DNA of 64,000 nt from positions 608,001 through 672,000 of the forward strand of contig CAVTET010000001.1 in the NCBI GenBank assembly GCA_963733675.1, read 5' to 3'. The notes beneath the pieces are model-generated. The model was given only the letters and a program-made list of their open reading frames with translations. It made no database searches and was not told the origin of the DNA. Shown one piece after another: positions 55,374-64,000 of this stretch. Origin of the DNA: an uncultured Methanosarcinaceae archaeon. Lineage in GTDB: Archaea > Halobacteriota > Methanosarcinia > Methanosarcinales > Methanosarcinaceae. Position numbers and translations under genes: made by a program. The stretch's first letter is position 1. The number at the start of each line of letters is the position of its first letter.

Positions 55374-55889
55374 TCAGTAGCCACCGTTGGTTTCACTATC
55401 CATGTCTTTCATGTTCATGTTCTTCATGTCCATTTTATTCATGTTCATTTTATTCATGTCCATTTTATTCATGCCCATGTTTTTCATGCCCATGTTTTTC
55501 ATGTCCATGTCTTTCATGTTCATGTTCTTCATGTCCATTTTATTCATGTTCATTTTATTCATGTTCTTCATGTCCATTTTATTCATGTTCATTTTATTCA
55601 TGTTCATTTTATTCATGTCCATTTTATTCATGCCCATGTTTTTCATGCCCATGTTTTTCATGTCCATGTCTTTCATGTCCATATCTTTGCTGTAGTGATG
55701 GTGATGGTGGTGGTGAGGCCACTTGCAGATTGTAGTCTTCACATCTTTCAGGATTATAATGGTTATTTTCTTTTCCTTAACCATAACTGGTCCTGCGCTT
55801 ACTGCTGCAGCTGTCACTGATGCTACAAAAAGAACTGCCAGCAAAATAGCCAGTACCTTTTTTATTCTACTAGATGATTGTTTCAACAT
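55374..55889 (-). CDS. Secreted His7 + methionine-rich pentapeptide repeat protein
   Basis: GGAG RBS, signal KKVLAILLAVLFVASVTAAAVSA, HHHHHHH, then about 19 x (K/N)(D/N/K)M(D/G/N)M. Confidence 0.85.
   Translation of the reverse strand: MLKQSSSRIKKVLAILLAVLFVASVTAAAVSAGPVMVKEKKITIIILKDVKTTICKWPHHHHHHHYSKDMDMKDMDMKNMGMKNMGMNKMDMNKMNMNKMNMNKMDMKNMNKMNMNKMDMKNMNMKDMDMKNMGMKNMGMNKMDMNKMNMNKMDMKNMNMKDMDSETNGGY
55400..55686. repeat. 15-bp coding tandem repeat with higher-order duplication
   Basis: Minus-strand units such as AATAAAATGGACATG and AAAAACATGGGCATG. Confidence 0.95.
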
Positions 55890-57617
55890 TTAGTTCACTC
55901 CTGTATGACTAAAATTAATAATTATACTGGAATTTGTTCTTGGTAACTATTCAAACTACAAAGAATTAGTTGGTTGATACCTATTCTATTACATCAACTA
56001 CATCAACTAATTTTGATAAACTACATTACTTACTGAGTTTGTCAGGTATTTTAAATTAATTATAAAAAAAATAGTTTCTGAATAAAATTTCTTTCCCCAT
56101 AAAATATTTTGACATCGGACAACTATTTAACATTAATATTGTTTTATTAAAAGGTCGGATGCTGAGCCAATCGTTTTGCTGACAAAATTTCATTTTTGAT
56201 TGCTTTCATTGATGCACAGGTTTTATCACAAAAACTGTGCATCAGAAAAAACGATAAAATCCTGTTTCTTGTGATGAAGCAAAAGAATTTACAGAACTTT
56301 CGTTACACTACCAGAACTATATAATTATCAGCTCCTTATTTTTCTATTTACGATGATTGATTGAGCTAATTAATTTCAAGTGTTCCAGGAGCTCCAGATG
56401 TTCTAGGAGTTCCATAAGCTCCAGGAGTCATAGATCAGTAACCTTTTCTTATTTCGTATGGAACTTAGAAAATTCTGAGATTTTAGCACAAAAACTATGC
56501 ATCATTGGAAATGATAAAAACAGAACTTTGTTAACATGATAATTGACTCAGCGTCCTACTTTTTTGCAGTCAAAGAGAATGGATAAAAAAATAATCAAAT
56601 TTAACATAACTTTTGGTATATTACCAAAACTAATGCATGTAATCAATAATTTTTAAGGTATCGCCAAGCCTCCTAATGATGGAGGTTAGGATTTATCAAT
56701 TATTTTCATTAAAGCTCCAGCGACTAATAAGAAGGGCTATGAAACCAAAAAACAATGCGCCAATAAGTTGATAGAGAAACGTAAAAGGCCAGTCTGTTTG
56801 AAATCCTAGCTTGGTAAATATCCATAATAATATCCACAATAATCCTAGTTTGCTCGTTATCCACCAGATCACGTAAAGTATTATTAAAAGCACGAAAGTG
56901 CACCTGGTTACTCCCTTCAATATCAAAATCAAACATATCACGCACTATAAAATCATCTTTGTTTAGATTAGATATCTGGATTATTTTTTTTAGTATATTA
57001 TAAAATACAGGTTGATAAATATATATACACAACTGCCTTCATTTTATTATATTAAATTGGAACAGAAAATATACAGGACCACTTTCGTAATAAAAAATAT
57101 CAGTGTGTATATATTAACAAAAGTTTAATTTTGAAAATTAAGGATTCTACATAGCTACTGAAATCTATATGCAATTATTAGTCAAGAGATGGATTTTATG
57201 CATAGATATATGCCTTATTTTTTAAAATATTAGAGCAAGAAAAGTAGAATTCTCTTGAAATATTTATAAAAAATCAGTTATATAATTACTACAAAATAAA
57301 AATCAGATGAAAAAAGTTATATAAGATGTATATTTAAATATAATTTATACAGTTTGCAATTGATATATCGAATCAATACATTGTAAGTAAATAGGATATG
57401 TTGCGTTACTATTGAGAGTCATTGAAATTAATAAGCTCTAAAAGTTCTCTATATTGAACCCAAATACAGAAGATATTCCGTTTTAGTCTTTGATAAATGA
57501 CTTTAGGGAAATTCGAAAAGTAAGTTGGATTTTAAAATAAACCAATTTATATAAAATCAAATGAACGGGAATAAAATTTGCAAATAAGTTTTTAAATAAA
57601 TTGGCAAGGTAATAAAA

Positions 57618-59189
57618 ATGAAAAAAAAATATAGTATAATAACTGATGTATCTGTAATAAAAGAAGTATCAATTTTTACTGAAATTCTGATTTTGTTCTT
57701 GGTTATAAGTTCATCAACTGCAATGGCATATACAGAATTTTCAGAGGAAAACATGTCATCTAATATTCACAAAAATATTGTGAATCAAACTAAACTTTCT
57801 CCAAAGTTTGAGCTTTCACCAGAAAATCCTAAATTGATTGATTACATAAATAACAACAGGTACAATCAAGCGATCATCACACCTTCGCCTATCGATTTTA
57901 GTTATCTCAAAAATATTTCCAACCCAGACTTAAATGTTTTAGCAAGCACACATATTCCGGCTTCCTATGATCTGCGGATGTTGAATAAAGTAACCCCTGT
58001 AAAAAATCAAGGCCACACAGCTACGTGTTGGACATATGCAACTTACGGATCTCTTGAATCATATCTTATGCCGGGACAAAACTACAACTTTTCAGAACAG
58101 AATATGAAAAACCTTCTTTCTGACAACTACACAAATGGTTTTGGTCGTCGTTCCAACGGTGGAGGAAACTATTTAATGACAAGTGCTTACTTAACTAGCT
58201 GGGCAGGACCAATGAATAATATGGATGACATGTGGAACCCTAAGCTATACACTTCACAAATAGGACTTCCTATACAAAAACATGTACAAAATATAACTTA
58301 CCCGGCACTCAGGGCTAATTCTACAGACAATCAGGAGATAAAAGCGGCGATTATGAGTTATGGAGGAGTTGGAACTTCAATTTACATAGATTCCAACAAT
58401 ACTACTATTTATAACAAAAAAACACATAGTTGTTACTATAATGGAACATTAGATTCCTATCATGCTGTGACCATTGTAGGCTGGAACGATTCTTACAGTA
58501 GATACAATTTCTCCACAACTCCACCCGGAGATGGAGCATTTATCATAAAAAATAGCTGGGGTCCACAATGGGGTGATAATGGGTATTGTTATATTTCCTA
58601 TTATGATTCCAATTTAGGAAAACAAGGTGAAAATGCAGTATTCAGTGCTGAACCACTTAATGATTATACAAGCATCTACCAACACGATCCACTTGGATGG
58701 ACTGGATCATTAGGAGAAGAAAATTCCACCAATACATTATGGGGTGCCAGTGTATTTACTGTAAGATCTAACGAAACTCTCAAAGCTGTAAGTTTCTACA
58801 CATCAGTCTATAACTCCAATTATACGATTAGTATCTACAATAATACGGGATCTAACCCCACTAGTATAGGTGGTCCTGTTGTTACACAGACTGGAACAAT
58901 TCCAACTATTGGATACCACACAATCCCCCTGACTTTTGGAACTAATCTCCAGGCAGGCCAAACTTTCTCAGTAGTCCTTGAGCTTACAACCCCTGGATAC
59001 ACTTACCCGATATCAATATCAAAACCCATCCGGGGCTATAGTAGCAATGTAAACGCAACTGCAGGAGAAAGTTTTGCAAGTAATGATGGAATTAAGTGGT
59101 ACGACATAACATCATTGGTACCAAATGCAACTATATGCATCAAAGCGTTTACTGATCCAGTAAATGCATCTCAGATTAAGCTTGACTAA
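57618..59189 (+). CDS. Secreted papain-family (C1A) cysteine protease with C-terminal lectin-like domain
   Basis: PASYDLR..TPVKNQG..TCW, YHAVTIVGWND, IKNSWG..WGDNGY, YQHDPLGW, CIKAFT. Confidence 0.92.
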   Translation: MKKKYSIITDVSVIKEVSIFTEILILFLVISSSTAMAYTEFSEENMSSNIHKNIVNQTKLSPKFELSPENPKLIDYINNNRYNQAIITPSPIDFSYLKNISNPDLNVLASTHIPASYDLRMLNKVTPVKNQGHTATCWTYATYGSLESYLMPGQNYNFSEQNMKNLLSDNYTNGFGRRSNGGGNYLMTSAYLTSWAGPMNNMDDMWNPKLYTSQIGLPIQKHVQNITYPALRANSTDNQEIKAAIMSYGGVGTSIYIDSNNTTIYNKKTHSCYYNGTLDSYHAVTIVGWNDSYSRYNFSTTPPGDGAFIIKNSWGPQWGDNGYCYISYYDSNLGKQGENAVFSAEPLNDYTSIYQHDPLGWTGSLGEENSTNTLWGASVFTVRSNETLKAVSFYTSVYNSNYTISIYNNTGSNPTSIGGPVVTQTGTIPTIGYHTIPLTFGTNLQAGQTFSVVLELTTPGYTYPISISKPIRGYSSNVNATAGESFASNDGIKWYDITSLVPNATICIKAFTDPVNASQIKLD

Positions 59190-59371
59190 AATCAAATTTT
59201 TCTGTAGTTTTCTATACTTGTAGGCTTGTAATTGTTAGAGTAATAGTTCAGAAGATTGTAATAGATATTTGATCTTGACAACATGAGCGTTTTACCTCAA
59301 AACCTATGTATCAGTAAGAAAAATAAATACAGATCGAATAGAATATATGAAAAAAATATTTATGGAGCAGG

Positions 59372-59905
59372 TCAGGAATTGATTGATTTCAGGACAGCAA
59401 TTTCGCTGCAGTCTGGAAACTTTGAGCATCTTATGCAGCCAGACCAAATTTTTCTGGGAAGGCAATTTTTGTCCACTACTTTAAAACCTAGAGTCGCAAA
59501 AAAATCAGGCACATAAGTAAGAGCAAAGACCTCTTTAATATCAAAGTATTTGACATCATCAATGCAGGCTGAAACAAGCTTTGTACCGATTCCTTTTCTT
59601 GAAAATTCTGGTTTAACGGCGAGGGCAAGTATCTCTGCAAGGTCTTCCCAGACCACATGGAGAGCACCACATCCAACAACCTCTCCATCGATCTCATATA
59701 CATAATAATCCCTTATATTCTCATATATCTCACTAAGAGAACGGGCAAGCATGAGCTCATTCTTGGAATAAATACTGATAATCTGCCTCATTAAAACAAC
59801 GTCATTTACCCTGGCTTTCCTAATCAATTGCTTTTCCCTCTGAAGTAACATTGTATTTTCCAATAGATAGATACTGTTCTGAACTTTGTTGTTTCTACAA
59901 TCCAC
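59372..59905 (-). CDS. GNAT N-acetyltransferase, short ArgA-like
   Basis: LIRKA, MLARSLSEIYENIRDY, VGCGALH, LAEI, FALTY, LPRKIWSGCIRC. Confidence 0.85.
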   Translation of the reverse strand: MDCRNNKVQNSIYLLENTMLLQREKQLIRKARVNDVVLMRQIISIYSKNELMLARSLSEIYENIRDYYVYEIDGEVVGCGALHVVWEDLAEILALAVKPEFSRKGIGTKLVSACIDDVKYFDIKEVFALTYVPDFFATLGFKVVDKNCLPRKIWSGCIRCSKFPDCSEIAVLKSINS

Positions 59906-60090
59906 TGAACAAAGCTACGAAATTATTCTTTTTTCAGATGAAAAATATTCCTATAGACTACAGAATATGTCCCCATAATCTAGCAAAATTTACTTCTCTT
60001 ACTAATAATACCCGATGTTTAATATGTAATAGCCGATCGAAAAATACTTATTTCAGGAAAAAGCTGGAAAAACAGATTAAAGGAAATTAA

Positions 60091-60165
60091 CGGGCGCGAA
60101 GGGATTTGAACCCCCGATTCACAGCTTAGGAGGCTGGTGCCATATCCGGGCTAGGCCACGCGCCC
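60091..60165 (-). tRNA. tRNA-Arg(CCT)
   Basis: Reverse complement GGGCGCGTGGCCTAGCCCGGATATGGCACCAGCCTCCTAAGCTGTGAATCGGGGGTTCAAATCCCTTCGCGCCCG folds to a cloverleaf with anticodon loop CT-CCT-AA; no encoded CCA. Confidence 0.95.
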
Positions 60166-60803
60166 ATTATACAGTTCCAAAGAGAATTCAAACATATAAC
60201 TGTTTACGGGATCTGCATTTCAGGTGAAGTATCAATAATAGCGATATAAGATATATATAATTATCTTTCAGAGAACGATCGAAGTTCACCTGAAAAATAA
60301 GACTGATTTTCTGGAGAGTATAATAAACAATGTAAAACAAGCGAACCTGATCATGTTAACAATACCCTTATATTTTAAGAGGCTTTTCAATATGAGTTGA
60401 GATTGACAAAACGTACCATTAATTTCACTTTAATTGGCTGCAAGCAATCCAAAAAACAAAAAAACAATATAAAGGCACCTTTTAGTGGATTATCTATCGC
60501 ATAGAAGTTAATGACTAACATTTTATTATGTAGATACTCGAAGCCAAAAATAGAGTACATTTATACTTTGTGTTTCAAAATTAATTTTCATACAGTTTGA
60601 TGCCTAAAGATATTTATTTCTCAATTCAATCATGTAAATCCTATTTCGATATACTTACTGCTGAGAACATTAAGTAACGTTATGCTAGTTCCAGTCCTAT
60701 TACAACTTCACTTTCTACCAAGGCCTATGGTCATTACCCCTTTAGACCATAAAATCTTTGATAGACTTTCACAAGCAAAATAAAATAAATCTAGAAAAAT
60801 TAG

Positions 60804-61385
60804 ATGAAAAGAGGAAAAAGTGTGCACATAAAAAACAGTCACTCTTATTCAGCAAATACTAGTAAACTCCGAATGATGGTCTTTGCATCTCTTTTTGCAG
60901 CCCTTACAGCCACAGGTGCATATATAATGATTCCTGTACCTTTATCTCCGGTCCCTATAACACTGCATGTTTTTTTTGTTCTACTTGCTGGCAGTATGTT
61001 GGGAAGCAAATGGGGGAGTATGAGTATGATAGTGTACATACTTCTTGGTATTGTAGGGCTCCCCGTATTTGCAGGAGGTAGTTCAGGGATAGGAGTACTT
61101 CTTGGGCCCACAGGTGGGTATATATTTGGCTTTATTTTGGCTGCCTATATGATAGGAAAACTTTCTAGAAAGACTGGAAATGGGGCCAATTCCAGTTTTT
61201 TCATTAATGCTCTTAATATGAGCGCAGGAGTTCTGGTTATTTATTCGTGTGGAGCTTTCCGGTTAATGATGATGGCTGACTTGGATCTTGGAAAAACTTT
61301 TGCTCTTGGCGTTATTCCTTTTCTGCCTGGAGATATCATCAAAACATCAGTTGCAGCCTACATAATTTCTAAGCATGAAATATAA
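60804..61385 (+). CDS. bioY: Biotin ECF transporter S component BioY
   Basis: FAALTA, PVPITL, GLPVFAGG, GPTGGYIFGF, PFLPGD. Confidence 0.95.
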   Translation: MKRGKSVHIKNSHSYSANTSKLRMMVFASLFAALTATGAYIMIPVPLSPVPITLHVFFVLLAGSMLGSKWGSMSMIVYILLGIVGLPVFAGGSSGIGVLLGPTGGYIFGFILAAYMIGKLSRKTGNGANSSFFINALNMSAGVLVIYSCGAFRLMMMADLDLGKTFALGVIPFLPGDIIKTSVAAYIISKHEI

Positions 61386-61414
61386 AAGTCCATGATTTGG
61401 TTTATTTCAGTCAA

Positions 61415-62010
61415 TTATCTAGCAACTTGCTGTGGGTATAGTAGCTGCTAATAGATCCGTTAATTAACTAACTGATTTATTTTAATCTACTTTTGCACTC
61501 AAAATGAAAATGCTTCATCTAAACCATTGGGTCTATCATATAAGATATCAAGCGTTTTTTTGTTTATGATGTATTGGGAAAAATTTTTCCCAAATAATGA
61601 TATAATCACCTATTTGAAAAATATCTGCAATGAAATTGGTGAAAGGTGCTGTTTTTGAATTTGATTCAATAAGCATTGATAGTGATCATGTGCATTTTTT
61701 TGTTGACACCAGAATAAAATATTTTCCTTCAAAAGTGATGAAGATCATGAAAAGTATCGCAAAAAGAAGAACCCTCAAAGAATACTCTAAATTAAAACAC
61801 AGTTATGAGATTATGAACTGCGTAGTGATATTAGAAAGTACATTGGAACCGAGATTATGGCACAATTTATGATGTAATATAACACTATGTTGAAAATTAG
61901 GGGAAACAGGAAAAAAGAATCATATGAGCAAATAAAAATATTTGATTTGGAATAATTCATTATATCCAGAAGATAGCACGAACACACTCCGCTACTTTCA
62001 GCGGTGTAAG
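61415..62010 (+). mobile_element. Near full-length decayed IS200 (tnpA only)
   Basis: DHVHFFV HUH motif, KYFPSKVMKIMKSI; ends GCAACTTGCTGTGGGTATAG and ACACTCCGCTACTTTCAGCGGTGT. Confidence 0.8.
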
Positions 62011-62088
62011 ACACCTAAATTTTGATTTGTGTTAGATCCTAGAGTATTTACGAGAACTTAAACAAAGGAAAATAAAGTTTGATTAACC

Positions 62089-62913
62089 ATGATCAGATTT
62101 GAGAAAGTAAGTTACAGTTATCCTGATGGGACTACTGCACTTGAGGACGTGAATTTGACGATACAAAAAGGAGAATTCATAGGAATAATAGGCAAAAACG
62201 GCAGTGGCAAATCCACACTTGCCCTTCACATCAATGGGCTCCTTAAACCCCAGAAAGGAAAGGTATTAATACGAGGCATGGACACCTGTGACCCTTCAAA
62301 GCTTCAAGGTATCCGAAAGATCGTAGGTATTGTATTCCAGAATCCTGAGACTCAGTTTGTGGGCAGAACCATAGAAGAAGATCTGGCCTTCGGCCCAGAA
62401 AATCTCTGTCTTTCTCCTTTAGAAATCCGAAAGTGTGTAGATATGGCTCTTAGTGAAATAGAGTTTGAGAAATACAGATATCGCTCTCCAAAAACTCTTA
62501 GTGGTGGACAGACCCAGTGTGTAGCACTTGCAGGAATCCTTGCCATGAAGCCTGAATGCATTGTTTTTGATGAGATAACTTCCATGCTTGACCCAGATTC
62601 CGGAACCTTTATCCTCGAAAGCATAAATAAGTTGAGGAGAAAAGGAAAAAACATAGTTTACGTTACCCATAATCTCGAAGAGCTTCATTCTGCAGACAAA
62701 ATAGTTGTTATGGAAAAGGGAAAAATAGTTTCGGAAGGGGATCCTGAGAGTATTTTTTTGGATAATTCTCTTCAAAAGCTTGGGTTTACCACACCTTCCC
62801 TTATTGAGTTGGCAACCCATTTGAAGATGTACGAAGTCGAAATTCCCTGGGGAAAAATCCATTCACCCCACAGCTTTGCAGAGGAGCTATGCCAATTATT
62901 CTTAAAAATGTAA
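62089..62913 (+). CDS. ecfA: ECF transporter ATPase (A component)
   Basis: GKNGSGKST, FQNPETQF, LSGGQ, FDEITSMLDP, VTH. Confidence 0.93.
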   Translation: MIRFEKVSYSYPDGTTALEDVNLTIQKGEFIGIIGKNGSGKSTLALHINGLLKPQKGKVLIRGMDTCDPSKLQGIRKIVGIVFQNPETQFVGRTIEEDLAFGPENLCLSPLEIRKCVDMALSEIEFEKYRYRSPKTLSGGQTQCVALAGILAMKPECIVFDEITSMLDPDSGTFILESINKLRRKGKNIVYVTHNLEELHSADKIVVMEKGKIVSEGDPESIFLDNSLQKLGFTTPSLIELATHLKMYEVEIPWGKIHSPHSFAEELCQLFLKM

Positions 62914-63689
62914 GTTTTTCATACTCAAAAAAAACTCCTCTTGAGATTCCTGCCTTAAGAGACGTTAACCTACGGATAGAAAAGGGAGAATTTGTAGGAA
63001 TCCTAGGAGAGAAAGGAGCAGGAAAATCCACTCTTTTAAAACTGTTTAATGGACTGCTGATTCCTGAAACTGGAATCGTACTTGTGGATGGCCTTGACCC
63101 CTCCTCAGTAGAGGTAAGACACAGGATAGGCATGGTATTTCAACAAGCTGCAGACCAGCTATTTTGTAGAACCGTATACGATGAGATAGCATTCGGACCT
63201 TTAAACTTTGGGTACTCAAGAAAAGAAGCCAATGAAAGGGTCAATGAGGTTATAGAAGCTGTTTCTCTTGATCCAAAAATGCTTCTTCTAAGTCCATTCA
63301 GTCTGAGCGGGGGAAAAATGAAAATAGTAGCCCTTGCAAGCGCCCTTGCTCTCAGACCGGACTACATCATACTGGATGAACCCATCACAGGGCTTGATCC
63401 GGATTGGAAAACAGAAATTCTCAAAACTTTCAAAAAAGCACGGGACAGAGGAGCTACAATTATAGTAGTAACCCATAACATTGAAGATTTTTTCCCATTT
63501 CTCGAAAAGATCATTCTTATCGGGGAAGGAAAAATATCTTTTCATGGGAGCAGAGATGATTATCTTAAAGCAGGTTGTTTACCTCTTCCACCAATAGCCT
63601 CCGTGATGAGAGAACTCAAAGCAAGAGGCTTGCCAATTAATTCTGCTGTATTTAATGTTGAAGATGCTCTTGAAGAGATATTAAGATGA
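62889..63689 (+). CDS. ecfA: ECF transporter ATPase (A' component)
   Basis: GEKGAGKST, EIAFGP.N, SPFSLSGGKM, LDEPITGLDP. Confidence 0.92.
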   Translation: MPIILKNVSFSYSKKTPLEIPALRDVNLRIEKGEFVGILGEKGAGKSTLLKLFNGLLIPETGIVLVDGLDPSSVEVRHRIGMVFQQAADQLFCRTVYDEIAFGPLNFGYSRKEANERVNEVIEAVSLDPKMLLLSPFSLSGGKMKIVALASALALRPDYIILDEPITGLDPDWKTEILKTFKKARDRGATIIVVTHNIEDFFPFLEKIILIGEGKISFHGSRDDYLKAGCLPLPPIASVMRELKARGLPINSAVFNVEDALEEILR

Positions 63690-63929
63690 AATACGTAACT
63701 CAAAAAGAAAGCATATCGAACAATACGAATAAAAAATTGCAACATGACTAATAAACTAAAGAGAAGAAACTGCAGTATGAATAAAAAAATACAAACGAAG
63801 TAAGAAACTGCTCAGGCTACAGAACTATTTAAACTTAATTTGAATTAAAAATTTATTGGGGTTCAAATGAGAACCACTGAAAAAAAGAATCCATGTAAAA
63901 TATTTCAAAAAAGAAAACGGTGAGAAATT

Positions 63930-64000
63930 ATGCATGAGCCAGTTTTCAGTTACTTGCCTTGAGTCTCTCCCCTCCACAAGCTTGACCCCAGGACAAAAAT
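63930..64000 (+). pseudogene. ecfT: 5' end of ECF T component with TGA at codon 11
   Basis: GGTGA RBS; MHEPVFSYLP*VSPLHKLDPRTK matches the EcfT start Y.PG.S.LH.LDPR.K. Confidence 0.75.

Noticed and set aside
55400-55686. CRISPR array or DGR-type repeat
   Set aside because: Contiguous in-frame coding repeats without spacers; no cas or reverse transcriptase gene is seen in the window.
55328-55735. Cys-rich metallothionein-like ORF (CPFYSCSFYS) and Met/Phe ORF on the + strand
   Set aside because: Antisense shadows of the 15-bp repeat. The minus-strand ORF has the RBS, signal peptide and homologous upstream region.
56696-57032. Two overlapping minus-strand ORFs
   Set aside because: No recognisable motif, and it is unclear which frame, if any, is real.
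60091-60165. tRNA-Arg as attachment site of the integrated element
   Set aside because: No duplicated tRNA 3' end was noticed in the window, and its 3' neighbour is a housekeeping acetyltransferase gene.
63960-63962. TGA in ecfT as selenocysteine
   Set aside because: The position corresponds to Gly, not Cys, and EcfT is not a known selenoprotein.

Overview
AT-rich, heavily eroded accessory region of a Methanosarcina-like methanogenic archaeon. The taxon is inferred from YVTN beta-propeller and TPR surface proteins, ribose-1,5-bisphosphate isomerase, a TIGR00288-type NYN protein, an archaeal tRNA-Arg lacking CCA, and GGAG/GGTGA ribosome-binding sites. The window opens (1-7530) with a decayed integrated element laid out like a phage satellite: tyrosine integrase, divergent regulators, small ORFs, DnaG-type primase, a family A DNA polymerase fragment and a TerS-like gene, with no capsid genes visible. 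It continues with an NfeD-SPFH-USP stress cluster, several small secreted proteins sharing one signal-peptide family (including a cupredoxin and a His7/Met-pentapeptide repeat protein), two glycosylation clusters, several IS6 copies with derived 150-bp MITEs, IS200 and IS630 relics, and an (ATT)n microsatellite. Housekeeping genes include an Fe-ADH, a family 6 glycosylase, R15P isomerase, an ArgA-like acetyltransferase, tRNA-Arg(CCT) and a BioY/ECF transporter. The best candidates for novelty are (i) a shared promoter + 5'UTR + signal-peptide cassette in front of two unrelated putative copper-binding proteins, (ii) the archaeal satellite-like element with primase and PolA, and (iii) a conserved ~300-bp non-coding region upstream of two TerS-like paralogues. 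All calls were made by eye; no database searches were run.
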